64,000 nucleotides of DNA, from contig CAVSKL010000001.1 in the NCBI GenBank assembly GCA_963728475.1, forward strand, positions 714,523 through 778,522, read 5' to 3'. This stretch comes from Candidatus Eiseniibacteriota bacterium (GTDB lineage Bacteria > Eisenbacteria > RBG-16-71-46 > JABDJR01). The position numbers and the translations under genes were made by a program. The notes below the pieces were generated by a model. The model was not told the origin of the DNA. It did no database searches and saw only the letters and a program-made list of their open reading frames with translations. Of this stretch, positions 38,179 through 47,367 are shown piece by piece (within the stretch, counting starts at the first letter, position 1; each line of letters begins with the position of its first letter).

Positions 38179-38928
38179 ATGGACATTCCAAGGATCTTCA
38201 ACATCACCGAGAGTGCTCATCGCATTCACAACCCGTTCACACCCGAAGCACTCGCTACTCTCGGCGCGGCGTTGCGCCTGGAGCCGGGGACCCGTGTCCT
38301 CGACCTCGGCAGCGGCTCGGGCGAGATGCTGTGCACCTGGGCACGGGATTACGGAATCATTGGCACTGGTATCGACATGAGCCAATTGTTCTCCGATCAA
38401 GCGCAGCGCCGCGCTGAGGAACTCAGTGTCCCCGGCCACGTCGAGTTCATCCACGGCGACGCTGCCGGCTACATAGCCACCGAAAGGGTCGGTGTGGCTG
38501 CCTGTCTCGGCGCCACGTGGATCGGCGGGGGAGTCGCCGGCACCATCGAACTTCTGGCGAAGAGCCTCCGCAGGGGAGGGATCATCCTTATCGGCGAGCC
38601 CTACTGGTTGCATTTACCACCGACAGAAGACGTTGCCAAAGGTTGCCATGCCGGTTCGATAGCCGAATTTCTTGTGCTTTCAGAATTGCTCGCCTCTTTC
38701 GGAAGACTCGACTACGACGTCGTGGAAATGGTTCTCGCAGACCAAGCGGGCTGGGACAGGTACGAGGCAGCCAAGTGGCTCACTATGCGCCGATGGCTCG
38801 AAGTCAATCTTGACGACGAGTTAGCCAAAGATGTTCGAGCCAACCTGACCTCGGAACCCGTCCGCTACGCCACGTACACGCGTGAGTATTTGGGCTGGGG
38901 GGTATTCGCGTTGATGGCGCGGTATTGA
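38179..38928 (+). CDS. Class I SAM-dependent methyltransferase
   Basis: VLDLGSGSGEM motif I and GGIILIGEPYW motif. Confidence 0.65.
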   Translation: MDIPRIFNITESAHRIHNPFTPEALATLGAALRLEPGTRVLDLGSGSGEMLCTWARDYGIIGTGIDMSQLFSDQAQRRAEELSVPGHVEFIHGDAAGYIATERVGVAACLGATWIGGGVAGTIELLAKSLRRGGIILIGEPYWLHLPPTEDVAKGCHAGSIAEFLVLSELLASFGRLDYDVVEMVLADQAGWDRYEAAKWLTMRRWLEVNLDDELAKDVRANLTSEPVRYATYTREYLGWGVFALMARY

Positions 38929-39116
38929 AACGATTGCCGAACGACTCGGAACGTGGTGAACCAATCATGTCTGACAGACCGTCGGAGCAGACGGCTCGGC
39001 GTTGTCACGCCGCCGGCAGAAGCCGGGGCCACGCCAAGACCGCCCGCTGCTCAACCCTGACGTGAGGCACACCTCTTGAAATGTCGATGGTTGACCCGGG
39101 TGCTATTCTTTCCGGG

Positions 39117-39203
39117 TGAAGGTCCGGGACGTGATCAAGCTGCTTGAGCGGGATGGCTGGAAGTTGCCCGCTCCCGCCGCCGGGCGGAGAACGGGACTTT
39201 AAA
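39117..39203 (+). pseudogene. HicA-like toxin N-terminal remnant (28 codons)
   Basis: Translation VKVRDVIKLLERDGWKL matches the conserved N-terminus of YcfA/HicA mRNA interferases. Stop after 28 codons, no partner hicB. Confidence 0.45.
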
Positions 39204-39248
39204 ATAGTGCTGCCGCTCGTGGTCGCGGCTGAGCGGCAATCGTTAGGC
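39150..39248 (+). other. attC-like site ending in a perfect GTTAGGC core
   Basis: GCCGCTCGTGGTCGCGGCTGAGCGGC palindrome followed by GTTAGGC at 39242-39248. Confidence 0.4.
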
Positions 39249-39324
39249 TTCACGACCGCTGCCGAACGTGACCGGGCCGCCCCTTCGGGGCCCAGAAGCC
39301 CATCGAAACCCGAAGGGAGATGAC

Positions 39325-39765
39325 ATGAAGGGCGAGAAGATCTACGGGTACGACGTCGACATTACGGGATTGACGGACTACGGCATTACCCTGGACGCAA
39401 TCCTCTCCGGGCAACGACAGGTCCCACCGCAGGGGGCTAGGATCGATGTAGCGTTCGATGGCCAAGCCATTGGCCGGCTGGCCGGGCGGGTCCGAGGGGT
39501 CGATTACCTCCGCATTCGCCAGGACGGGCGCATCGACCTTGATATTCGGGCGACGATCGAAACGGAGGCTGGGCATCGAATCGCGCTGTCAGCCGGCGGC
39601 GTGGCGGTGCTGCGTCCGACAGAGCCGATCGCTGACCTTTCGGAGAACGTCAGTTTGAATACCGCCGCCGAAGAGTACGCATGGGTCCGAGCGAACCAGA
39701 TCTGGGGCGTGGGTACCGTGAACCTGGCTGCCGGCAAGGTCCACATCGACGGATTCATGCAATAG
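39325..39765 (+). CDS. DUF3237-like protein
   Basis: 146 aa. The Gly/Asp-rich beta-rich pattern (RIDVAFDGQAIGRLAGRVRGVDYLRIRQDGRIDLDIRATIETEAGHRI) resembles DUF3237. Confidence 0.45.
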   Translation: MKGEKIYGYDVDITGLTDYGITLDAILSGQRQVPPQGARIDVAFDGQAIGRLAGRVRGVDYLRIRQDGRIDLDIRATIETEAGHRIALSAGGVAVLRPTEPIADLSENVSLNTAAEEYAWVRANQIWGVGTVNLAAGKVHIDGFMQ

Positions 39766-40189
39766 ACGCTATTCACTGCTGGTTCTGACTGCACGGCTTG
39801 CGTTCGCGCTGGAGCCGTCGGCGCGGTTAGGATCGAGAGCGCTGCGGCTCAGCGCGCACGTTGAGTGCGTCTTTGGAGGACCGGTGGAATTCGACTTCCA
39901 GCCATGGGCAGCTCGCCCGCGAAATCCCCGGCCCCGCCCTGAACCTAGCCTTCTTTCTGGGCGCACTCGTGGCCTGGATGACATCGATGCTACCCGAAGT
40001 CGTGGAGCGGACGCATGTGCGGTGCCGTCGAGAACCGAATCACCGCCGCTGCCGGGGTGGGATTCTCGCTCGTTTTGACTTGGATAGCGCCGGCATTCCG
40101 TGGCAGTGCCCTCTCTGCAGAGCCGACGGGCGCAACTCCGGCCGGGAGGTGCTCACCGGAAACGCCAGGCGAACTTAAGGAGGGACGTC

Positions 40190-40621
40190 TTGACAGACGA
40201 CAGATGGTCAGCGTCGCCAGTTCTCGGCGTCCGACAGGTGCGCCAAGCCGCCGAGTACTACCGCGACGTCCTTGGATTCAGTCTCGATCCGGTTGATGGC
40301 GTCTTTCAGCCTTCGCCGGACGAGCCTGACGGCGTCTACGCAGTAGTGAAGCGTCCGGGCGCATCGATCCACTTCCAAATACGTCGCGACCAAACTCAGC
40401 AACGGCAGCGACCGGCGTTTGAGCCCGACGCCTATGTGTATGTAAACGACGTGAACAGGCTGCATGCGGAGCTTAAGCGCCGTGGTGCGAAGTTCCAGGC
40501 GCCTCCGCGAATGGCGCCTCATGGGATTCGCGAGATGGTCGTCGAGGACTTGAACGGGTACCGGCTCGCGTTCGGCGAACTTCGGCCGGAGGCCAAGGGT
40601 GCAAACAGGCCGGGCGGCTGA
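40190..40621 (+). CDS. VOC family protein (glyoxalase/bleomycin-resistance fold)
   Basis: TTG start after AAGGAGGG. SPVLGVRQVRQAAEYYRDVLGF is the typical VOC N-terminal beta-alpha-beta motif. Confidence 0.55.
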   Translation: MTDDRWSASPVLGVRQVRQAAEYYRDVLGFSLDPVDGVFQPSPDEPDGVYAVVKRPGASIHFQIRRDQTQQRQRPAFEPDAYVYVNDVNRLHAELKRRGAKFQAPPRMAPHGIREMVVEDLNGYRLAFGELRPEAKGANRPGG

Positions 40622-40625
40622 TAGC

Positions 40626-40666
40626 GGCGTGCAACCCGCCGGCGCTTCGCGCCGCAGCTGGGTCGC
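40626..40666 (+). other. Degenerate attC-like remnant (family B core CCGGCGCTTCGCGCCGC)
   Basis: Shares an 18-bp core with the site at 36377. Confidence 0.3.
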
Positions 40667-40758
40667 CTCAGGACCGACCGGAAAGCGGCACCGCCTGGAC
40701 GCTACGCGAAAGGAGTGCGACGCCGCGCCAGATGCGGCGACGAAGGAGGACTGAACAC

Positions 40759-41097
40759 ATGTTCACCAAGAAGGGCGACGCGGCCGTCCTCGCCAAGCTC
40801 CGCGATGCCCCCGCCGAGTATCGGGAGATTGGAGAACGCCTGCATCGAATCATCCGGGAGAGCGTGCCGTCGCTCGAACCAATTGTACGATGGGGACTGT
40901 TCTTTTACGCTAAGGACGGCAAGGACATCTGCTACATCAAACTAGACAAGGATTTCATTGCATTCGGCTTCGGCGAAGTTGTGAACCCCGTTCGCGAGGT
41001 GGGCGCCAACATGCATCCGGTCGCGTGGACCCTGACCGCTCTGGACGCCGCAACGGAAGCCAGGATTAGTGCGCTCGTCAAGAAGGCCGTGGCCTGA
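40759..41097 (+). CDS. DUF1801-like small protein
   Basis: 112 aa. RBS GAAGGAGG. Confidence 0.35.
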   Translation: MFTKKGDAAVLAKLRDAPAEYREIGERLHRIIRESVPSLEPIVRWGLFFYAKDGKDICYIKLDKDFIAFGFGEVVNPVREVGANMHPVAWTLTALDAATEARISALVKKAVA

Positions 41098-41318
41098 GCA
41101 GATGAAGACCAGGAGGAGCGAGAACAAGGCGAAGGTACCGAACCCCCTTTCGGCCAAGTAGGCACCCGTCGCGACGGACAGCCACCCGGCCACTGAGGAA
41201 AGGAGTCGGCGCGTGAGGCCGGATCTGCAGTAACGGATACCGCTCGGATGATCAGGCTGGCCAAGGGAGAATGACCATAGCTGGGGCCGGTCCACCCAGG
41301 ATGTCCGATAGAGAAGCT

Positions 41319-41378
41319 GGCCAACAACAGCATGCGGCCGCCGGCGCAGCGCCCCGCCGCTGATGCTGAATGTTGGGC
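41319..41378 (+). other. attC recombination site (short, 60 bp, family B, canonical)
   Basis: GGCCAAC AACAGCATGCGG ... CTGATGCTGAAT GTTGGGC. R''/R' are perfectly complementary and L''/L' are complementary, immediately before an RBS and ATG. Confidence 0.65.
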
Positions 41379-41392
41379 GCCAGGGAGACATC

Positions 41393-41845
41393 ATGACGGT
41401 CAAGCGTATGGACAACGTCGGAATCGTGGTGGAAGACATCGATACCGCCATTGAGTTCTTCTCCGAACTTGGTCTCGACCTCGAGGGACGTGCCGCAGTT
41501 GAAGGAGACTGGGCGGATGGCGTCACCGGATTGCGCGACATGCGCGTCCCGATTGCGATGATGCGTACGCCGGACGGTCACGGCCGTCTGGAGTTGTCCC
41601 GCTTCCTCGCGCCGCCAGTGGTAGCGGATCACCGCGTTGCCCCAGTGAACGCTCTCGGCTACCTACGCGTCATGTTTACCGTGGAGGACATCGACGATAC
41701 GCTCGCACGGCTCACCAAACGCGGCGCGACGCTCGCCGGCGACGTGGTCCAGTACGGGGACACGTATCGGCTCTGCTACATCCGGGGTCCCGAAGGAATC
41801 CTCATCGGGCTTGCCCAAGAGCTCGGGCAAGAGACTTCCCGATGA
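41393..41845 (+). CDS. VOC family protein (glyoxalase I-like)
   Basis: MTVKRMDNVGIVVEDIDTAIEFFSELG is the canonical VOC start. Confidence 0.65.
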   Translation: MTVKRMDNVGIVVEDIDTAIEFFSELGLDLEGRAAVEGDWADGVTGLRDMRVPIAMMRTPDGHGRLELSRFLAPPVVADHRVAPVNALGYLRVMFTVEDIDDTLARLTKRGATLAGDVVQYGDTYRLCYIRGPEGILIGLAQELGQETSR

Positions 41846-42264
41846 ACAGCTTCGTCTCCTACCAGACCCTTATCGACCTGTGTCTCCGGGAATGTGCGGC
41901 GTCTGGACGCAAGTTGGCGATGAATTGGAACTCTGAGTCCCCCCAAGTCCCGTCGTGCATCTTGGCCACGGAAGCGGCACTCGACTTGATCGAGCACGCT
42001 GCAACGCAGCGGTGGTCGACTCGTTCATTTTGTTACATTACATTAGGGAACGACGCCTCCGTCAGGGTCGCCCTCACTGCTGGTATGTCGTTTTCAGGTG
42101 CGGGCATGGCCAGGCCGGGCGCCATGGCGGGGGTTGCTGACTCAGGCACGTCTGCTGTTGCCGTGCGGGTGAAGGAAGCGAATGGTTCGCTGCGCGCGCC
42201 CGTCGCAGTTACTCTGGCGCGTCCGCAGCCGGACGCTGCGGCGTCGGGGCCTCCTTTCCCATGA
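41842..42264 (+). CDS. Hypothetical protein
   Basis: ATGA overlaps at both ends (coupled to VOC and TspO). Low-GC 5' half. Confidence 0.3.
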   Translation: MNSFVSYQTLIDLCLRECAASGRKLAMNWNSESPQVPSCILATEAALDLIEHAATQRWSTRSFCYITLGNDASVRVALTAGMSFSGAGMARPGAMAGVADSGTSAVAVRVKEANGSLRAPVAVTLARPQPDAAASGPPFP

Positions 42265-42749
42265 CGCCGCGCTCCCTGCCATCGCAGTGGGTCGGCTTGC
42301 TCGGCTGGTTGCTGGTGGCGTTCGCCGCCGCCGCGGTCGGAGCAATCGGCTCCGTTGATGCTGCATCCTTCTATGCCGAGTTGAGCAAGCCATCGTGGGC
42401 TCCCCCAGGATGGGTGTTCGGCCCTGTATGGTCGACGCTGTATTCGCTCATGGGAGTCTCCGCGTGGTTGGTTTGGCGATCTGCAGGCTCCAAGAAGCTC
42501 GCCTTGACCTTGTTCGGCGCGCAGCTTGCGGCGAATGCGCTTTGGTCCTGGTTGTTTTTCGCCTGGCATCGGGGAGCGCTTGCCGCAGTGGAGGTTCTCA
42601 TTCTGCTGGCGCTCATCGTGTGCGCGACCGCCGCGTTCTGGCGCAGCAGCCGCGTGGCCGCGGCGCTGTTGGTCCCGTACTTGTTGTGGGTGAGCTTCGC
42701 ATCGTTGCTCACATGGTCGGTGTGGCAACGCAACCCGAGGCTTCTGTGA
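42261..42749 (+). CDS. tspO: TspO/MBR family tryptophan-rich sensory protein
   Basis: 162 aa with 5 TM segments and Trp-rich motifs (WAPPGWVFGPVWSTLY, LWSWLFF). Confidence 0.7.
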   Translation: MTPRSLPSQWVGLLGWLLVAFAAAAVGAIGSVDAASFYAELSKPSWAPPGWVFGPVWSTLYSLMGVSAWLVWRSAGSKKLALTLFGAQLAANALWSWLFFAWHRGALAAVEVLILLALIVCATAAFWRSSRVAAALLVPYLLWVSFASLLTWSVWQRNPRLL

Positions 42750-43043
42750 GGTGCGCTTTGGCCGCCCCCCCTATCCTCCCCGCCCTACCTAGCGGGGACG
42801 CACCGGTCGGAGCTCGTGCTCGTCGCGAACGCTGCACGCCACAACACATTCCAGGGCGCAGGTTCCTTCATGACTGAAGACATCTCTCTGCGGGACGTGG
42901 TCGAGTGGCTATTCCGACGAAGGCGCCCACCTGGTCCGAAGGAAGGCGCCCACCCGTTCCGAGCGAAGACGCCCGCCGGTTCCGAAGGATTCCGGCCACC
43001 GTCGGAGCGTAGCGACGCGGGGATTGTGTCGTTGGGTTCCTCG

Positions 43044-43982
43044 TCAGGGTCGTGGGTCGCATCTTACCGGGTCGGTCCCGGGTTGGTAGCCTGATTTTCC
43101 GGTCTCGGGTCCAGGCACCGGGATCCGACCTCGAGAGAAGCTCCAGGAGCGACGATCTCGGCCCGGCCGGGACCTGGGGTACCCCCCCCGGATCACGGGG
43201 TTCTGGATTGGGGTCTTCTTCTTCTTCTTCTTCTTCTTCTCCGTGGCCGGGGTCAGGGGTTCGGTCTGGCGCATCGAGGCTCCTTTGAGCGGGATGCGGT
43301 GCGAGCGGTGCAGGAGCCGGTCCACGATCCCGTCGGCCAGGGTGGGTTCCCCGATCGCCTCGTGCCAGGCGGTGATGGGCAGCTGGGAGGCGATGAGGGT
43401 GGAGGCCCGCTCGTGGCGATCCTCCAGGACCTCGAGCAGGTCGCGCCGCTCGGCGTCGCGCAGCGGAGCCACGAGCCAGTCGTCGATGGCCAGCAGCTCC
43501 ACCTTGAGGAGCCGGGCCAGGAGCCGTTCGTAGGAGCCATCGCCGCGGGCGACGGCGAGTTCGTGAAGGATCCGGGGAGTCCGGACATAGGTGGCGGTGA
43601 ACCCGCGCCGGCAAGCCCGCTCCGCGAACGCGCAGGCGAGGAAGCTCTTGCCGGTGCCGGTGGGTCCGGTCAGCACGAGGTTCTGGTGCTCCTGGATCCA
43701 GCCGCAGGTGCCGAGGGAGAGGACGACCTGGCGGTCGAGCCCCCGGGAGGCGCGGAAGTCGACGTCCTCGAGACAGGCCGGGTAGCGGAGCTTGGCTCCC
43801 TTGAGCCGGCGGGCGAGCTTGCGCTGTTCGCGGTGGGTCCACTCGGCGTCGACCAGGAGGCCGAGGCGCTCGTCGAAGCTCAGGCCGGCGGCCTGGCGGG
43901 AGGCGGTCTGCTGCTCGAAGGCCTCGATCATGGCCGAGAGCTTCATGGCCTGCATCTTGTCCAGGGTGGCTTGGTTCAGCAT
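43044..43982 (-). CDS. istB: IS21-family transposition helper ATPase IstB (no stop at the expected C-terminus, reads through a (GAA)8 tract)
   Basis: Walker A (GPTGTGKS) and the IstB C-terminal IVDRLLHRSHRIPLKGASMR. The expected end is about 43250. The ORF continues to 43044. Confidence 0.75.
   Translation of the reverse strand: MLNQATLDKMQAMKLSAMIEAFEQQTASRQAAGLSFDERLGLLVDAEWTHREQRKLARRLKGAKLRYPACLEDVDFRASRGLDRQVVLSLGTCGWIQEHQNLVLTGPTGTGKSFLACAFAERACRRGFTATYVRTPRILHELAVARGDGSYERLLARLLKVELLAIDDWLVAPLRDAERRDLLEVLEDRHERASTLIASQLPITAWHEAIGEPTLADGIVDRLLHRSHRIPLKGASMRQTEPLTPATEKKKKKKKKTPIQNPVIRGGYPRSRPGRDRRSWSFSRGRIPVPGPETGKSGYQPGTDPVRCDPRP
43218..43241. repeat. (TTC)8 / (GAA)8 trinucleotide microsatellite
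   Basis: Seen directly. Encodes the K8 run in the istB read-through. Confidence 0.85.
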
Positions 43983-45538
43983 GGGATCTCCTTTGGGGCG
44001 GCGTAGTAGGCGGCGCCGCGGATGTTCTCGTGGGAGGGTGCGGCCGGGGCGGGCGACTCGGTCTCCAGCGGGAGCCGGTCGGTTCCGGCGGAGAGGATGT
44101 TCTTGACGGTGCGGTAGCTGTAGGAACGCAGGTGGAGCGCCCGCCGGGAGGCGGCTTCGAGACGCGCCTCACCGTACTTCTTGCCCAGGCGCATGAGGCC
44201 GAGACAGGAGCGGTAGCCCTGCTCGGGGTGGGGCCGGGTGTCGAGGATGTGGGTCACAAGTTCGGCGGCGTGGGGGCCGGTCTTCTCGGCCCAGCGAACG
44301 AGCCGGGAGGGGGTCCACTCGAGGTGGGCCCGGTGGGAGGCGGGCATGTGGTCGCGGTGAGTGGAGTGGCGTCCCCGGCCGCGTAGCCGCCGATGGGAGG
44401 CGACGCGCTTGGAGTGGAAGATGATCTCGACGGTGGTGGCGGTGGTCCGTGCCTCCACCACTTCCTTCAGGAGCTGGTAGGGGACGCTGTAGTAGTTGTT
44501 CTCGACCTCGACGTGGTAGTCGATGTTGACTCGGGGGTAGCTCCAGATGCCCTTCTCGTAGCGGCCGAGGGGGAGGGGCCGCAGGGCGGGGCGATCGAGT
44601 GCTTCGAAGAGCTGGCGGCGGCTCACCTTGAGCTTCTGCATAGGACGGTCGTTGAGGCGGTCGAGCTCGTCGCGGATGGCGGCGTTGAGCTCTTCGAGCG
44701 AGAAGAAGGTGCGGTTGCGGAGCACGGCGAGGATCCAGCGCTGGGCGAGCAGCACGGACAACTCGACCTTCGCCTTATCCTTGGGGCGCCGGACCCGGGC
44801 GGGGATGACCACCGCGCCGTAGTGGGCGGCGAGTTCCTCGTAGGTCCGGTTCACCCCCGGCTCGTAGCGACAGGGGGTGGTGATCCCGCTCTTCAGATTG
44901 TCCGGGACCCAGATCGCCGTGGAACCGCCGAGGTAGGCCGCCATGTTCTGGTGGGCGGTGATCCAGGAGTCCAGATCCTGGCTGGGGGTGGCCTCGGCGT
45001 AGACGTAGCCGCTGGCCCCCAGGGCGGCCACGAACAGCTCGACCTCGGTCACCTCCCCCGTCTTCGGATCCACGATGGCGGGCCTATTGCCCGAGAAGTC
45101 CACGAAGGTCTTCTCGCCGGCCACATGGACCTGGCGCATCGAGGGGGAGAGCTTCCCGGCGAAGCGGTGGTAGAGGTCACAGAAGCGGCTGTACTGGTAC
45201 CCGTCCCGCGGATGACCGGCCCGGTACTCCTGCCACAGCAACGAGAGCGTGACCCCGGGACGGCGCAGCTCCTGGTGGACCCACGCCCAGTCGGGCCGGG
45301 GCCGCCCTCGCTCCGGGAAGGGGTGGGCGGCGGGGAACAGGAGCTGCTCCAGGTCCGTCTCGCTCCGGTCCTCGGCCACCGGCCAGGCCAGCCCGGCCCG
45401 CTGGGCCCGGGCCAGGTACTCTCGGACCGTGGTCCGCCCCAGCCCCAGGCTGCGGGCGATCTGGCGGTGGCTGAGTCCGGCGGCGCGAAGCCGCAGCACA
45501 TCTTGGATCTTGCGCATGGGTAACCTCTTAGCTGGCAC
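43976..45538 (-). CDS. istA: IS21-family transposase IstA
   Basis: 520 aa with an N-terminal HTH (LSHRQIARSLGLGRTTV) and an IS21 DDE core. Overlaps the istB start. Confidence 0.75.
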   Translation of the reverse strand: MPAKRLPMRKIQDVLRLRAAGLSHRQIARSLGLGRTTVREYLARAQRAGLAWPVAEDRSETDLEQLLFPAAHPFPERGRPRPDWAWVHQELRRPGVTLSLLWQEYRAGHPRDGYQYSRFCDLYHRFAGKLSPSMRQVHVAGEKTFVDFSGNRPAIVDPKTGEVTEVELFVAALGASGYVYAEATPSQDLDSWITAHQNMAAYLGGSTAIWVPDNLKSGITTPCRYEPGVNRTYEELAAHYGAVVIPARVRRPKDKAKVELSVLLAQRWILAVLRNRTFFSLEELNAAIRDELDRLNDRPMQKLKVSRRQLFEALDRPALRPLPLGRYEKGIWSYPRVNIDYHVEVENNYYSVPYQLLKEVVEARTTATTVEIIFHSKRVASHRRLRGRGRHSTHRDHMPASHRAHLEWTPSRLVRWAEKTGPHAAELVTHILDTRPHPEQGYRSCLGLMRLGKKYGEARLEAASRRALHLRSYSYRTVKNILSAGTDRLPLETESPAPAAPSHENIRGAAYYAAPKEIPC

Positions 45539-46258
45539 GCGGGGTCCTCCTCTGGGATGAGAGAAAGGCTCAGCGTAGCCCGGTTACCCCGCGCCGCCAC
45601 CCCCGAACCGGGGTGGGCGGCTTCGTTCGGAACGGTGGGCGCCTTCCCTCGGAACGGTGGGCGCCTTCCCTCGGAACGGTGGCCGGCTTCGCTCGGAATC
45701 AGCGGGCGCGATCAGTCGGAAGGGTGGGCGTCTTCGCTCGGAATCGGGGGGCGGAATCGCTCGGAATAGTCAACCTGATTCCGCTCAAGGACTCCTTCAG
45801 GGTGTCGATGGCGATCAGGGAGTCGGAGCGCTCGGCGCTACTTGGGGCTGGCCACATGGCAAACTACGGAAGCCTGCTCGCTTCCGCCCGCAAGTTCGCG
45901 GAGGGGTTCTCGGTGGTCTTCGATGTCACAACGCACTCCTCCTACGATCACTGCAGCCGCTTCGTTTCCTGGATCATTGCGGCGCGCCGCTAGCTGCTTG
46001 GAGGACTTTGCGGCCCCCCCCGCCTCGCCCTTGAGCGGTGAGGACGCCAGAGACACACGCCCGACCCGGGACTCTTGCTTTCCGAACCCCGGCACGGCGG
46101 GCGGTGGCGCCAGGGAACCGGAAGATGAAGGCGGCAGACTTGGTAGAGCCTGCCCGTATCGCCTTGGGCGCGTTGCCGCGGGACGCATGGCTGGCGGAGG
46201 GCATCCTGGAACTCGTATGCACCATCGGCGGTCCTGGCGGTGGAGAGAGGAGAGTACG

Positions 46259-46603
46259 ATGAGTAGCGAACATTTGCCGCCCGAGACGAGAGGGGTCACG
46301 GTGAAGCTGCTGGCAACGGTCGACCTTGGCCCTGAGATCGAGGGCATGGCCGGGCGCCGGCTTCGAATGCGGATGGTGACCATCGATCCCGGCGGGGTTT
46401 TCGGCCCGGTTCACGACCACAAGGGCAGACCGGGCATCGTCTACATCCTGCAAGGAACGATCACCGACCATCAAAACGGAGCCGCTACCGACTATGGGCC
46501 GGGGGTGGGCTGGCCCGAGGACAGGAACACGACCCACTGGCTCGAGAACCGGGGACAGGTTCCGGCGGTGGAGATCTCGGTCGATATAGTCGGGCATGAT
46601 TAG
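46259..46603 (+). CDS. Cupin domain protein
   Basis: 114 aa. RBS GAGAGGAG. G(X)5HxH-like FGPVHDHKG cupin motif. Confidence 0.5.
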   Translation: MSSEHLPPETRGVTVKLLATVDLGPEIEGMAGRRLRMRMVTIDPGGVFGPVHDHKGRPGIVYILQGTITDHQNGAATDYGPGVGWPEDRNTTHWLENRGQVPAVEISVDIVGHD

Positions 46604-46897
46604 GCTCAGGCTGGCTATCAGAACCGGCCGAGGCCGGCGTGCGGCCGATTTGGCCGCCCGCCCGCCGGACTTCACCTTCCTATCGCGCGACGGTCAGAGA
46701 CACTGGACGCCGCGCACCACCAGCTTCTTCGGCCATCTCGGCCCGAAGAAGGTGAAATGGCTGGTCACGAGAAAGGTGGATCTGTAACCGAAGCGCCGCG
46801 CGCTCTTGATAGACTTGGGATGCGGTCCGACTCTCCCTTGGCCGCCGCTTCCTGCGGCAGATGCATTTTCCGTCGGGCGCCCCACACCGGAGGTCAC

Positions 46898-47266
46898 ATG
46901 ACGCTCAGCCGTCTTGTCCCCATGCAGCCGGTCACCAGCATGCCGGCCAGCGTGAACTTCTACCAGAAGCTCGGCTTCGTTGTTGAAGACCGAAATGAGA
47001 AATGGGGTTGGGCCATGCTGCGTTGCGGCAGCTGCCAGATCATGCTCGACCAGTCCATCAATCTTCACCCCGGTGTCCCCAGAACCTCGGTTCTCTACCT
47101 CTATCCGGAGGACCTGGTTGACTTTCACCGTCGTGCCCGGGACAACGGACTCCCCGTTCCCGAACTGGAGGTCACGTTCTACGGCATGAACGGGTTTCGT
47201 GTGGAGGACCCGGACGGCAATCCATTGTGGATCGGCCAAGCAGTGGGGACGCCGGAACATGCCTGA
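46898..47266 (+). CDS. VOC family protein (bleomycin-resistance/glyoxalase-like)
   Basis: 122 aa. Typical NFYQKLGF start and a C-terminal FRVEDPDGN motif. Confidence 0.55.
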   Translation: MTLSRLVPMQPVTSMPASVNFYQKLGFVVEDRNEKWGWAMLRCGSCQIMLDQSINLHPGVPRTSVLYLYPEDLVDFHRRARDNGLPVPELEVTFYGMNGFRVEDPDGNPLWIGQAVGTPEHA

Positions 47267-47367
47267 CAACTTCTGCGAGGCTCCGCCTCGCGCCGTGGGT
47301 GACCGGGGCCGCGGCCAACGCGATCGATAGAGAGGGTAGCCCGCAGCCGGACAGCGGGAGGAGCGAG

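Larger units (their letters stand above)
42906..45772 (-). mobile_element. IS21-family insertion sequence (istA-istB) with multi-repeat termini
   Basis: Terminal inverted repeats TGGCTATTCCGA / TCGGAATAGTCA. Inside each end there are 4-5 direct repeats of about 22 bp (GAAGGCGCCCACCNGKTCCGA and the reverse complement GGAACGGTGGGCGCCTTC), as in IS21 multiple IstA-binding sites. Confidence 0.65.

Noticed and set aside
42750-42905. Hairpin GGTGCGC...GCGCACC after tspO considered as its attC
   Set aside because: No recognisable RYYYAAC/GTTRRRY boxes. The IS21 insertion lies immediately downstream and may have displaced the real site.
43218-43241. (TTC)8 tract considered as a possible CRISPR array or other repeat array
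   Set aside because: A simple trinucleotide microsatellite inside the istB frame, with no spacers.
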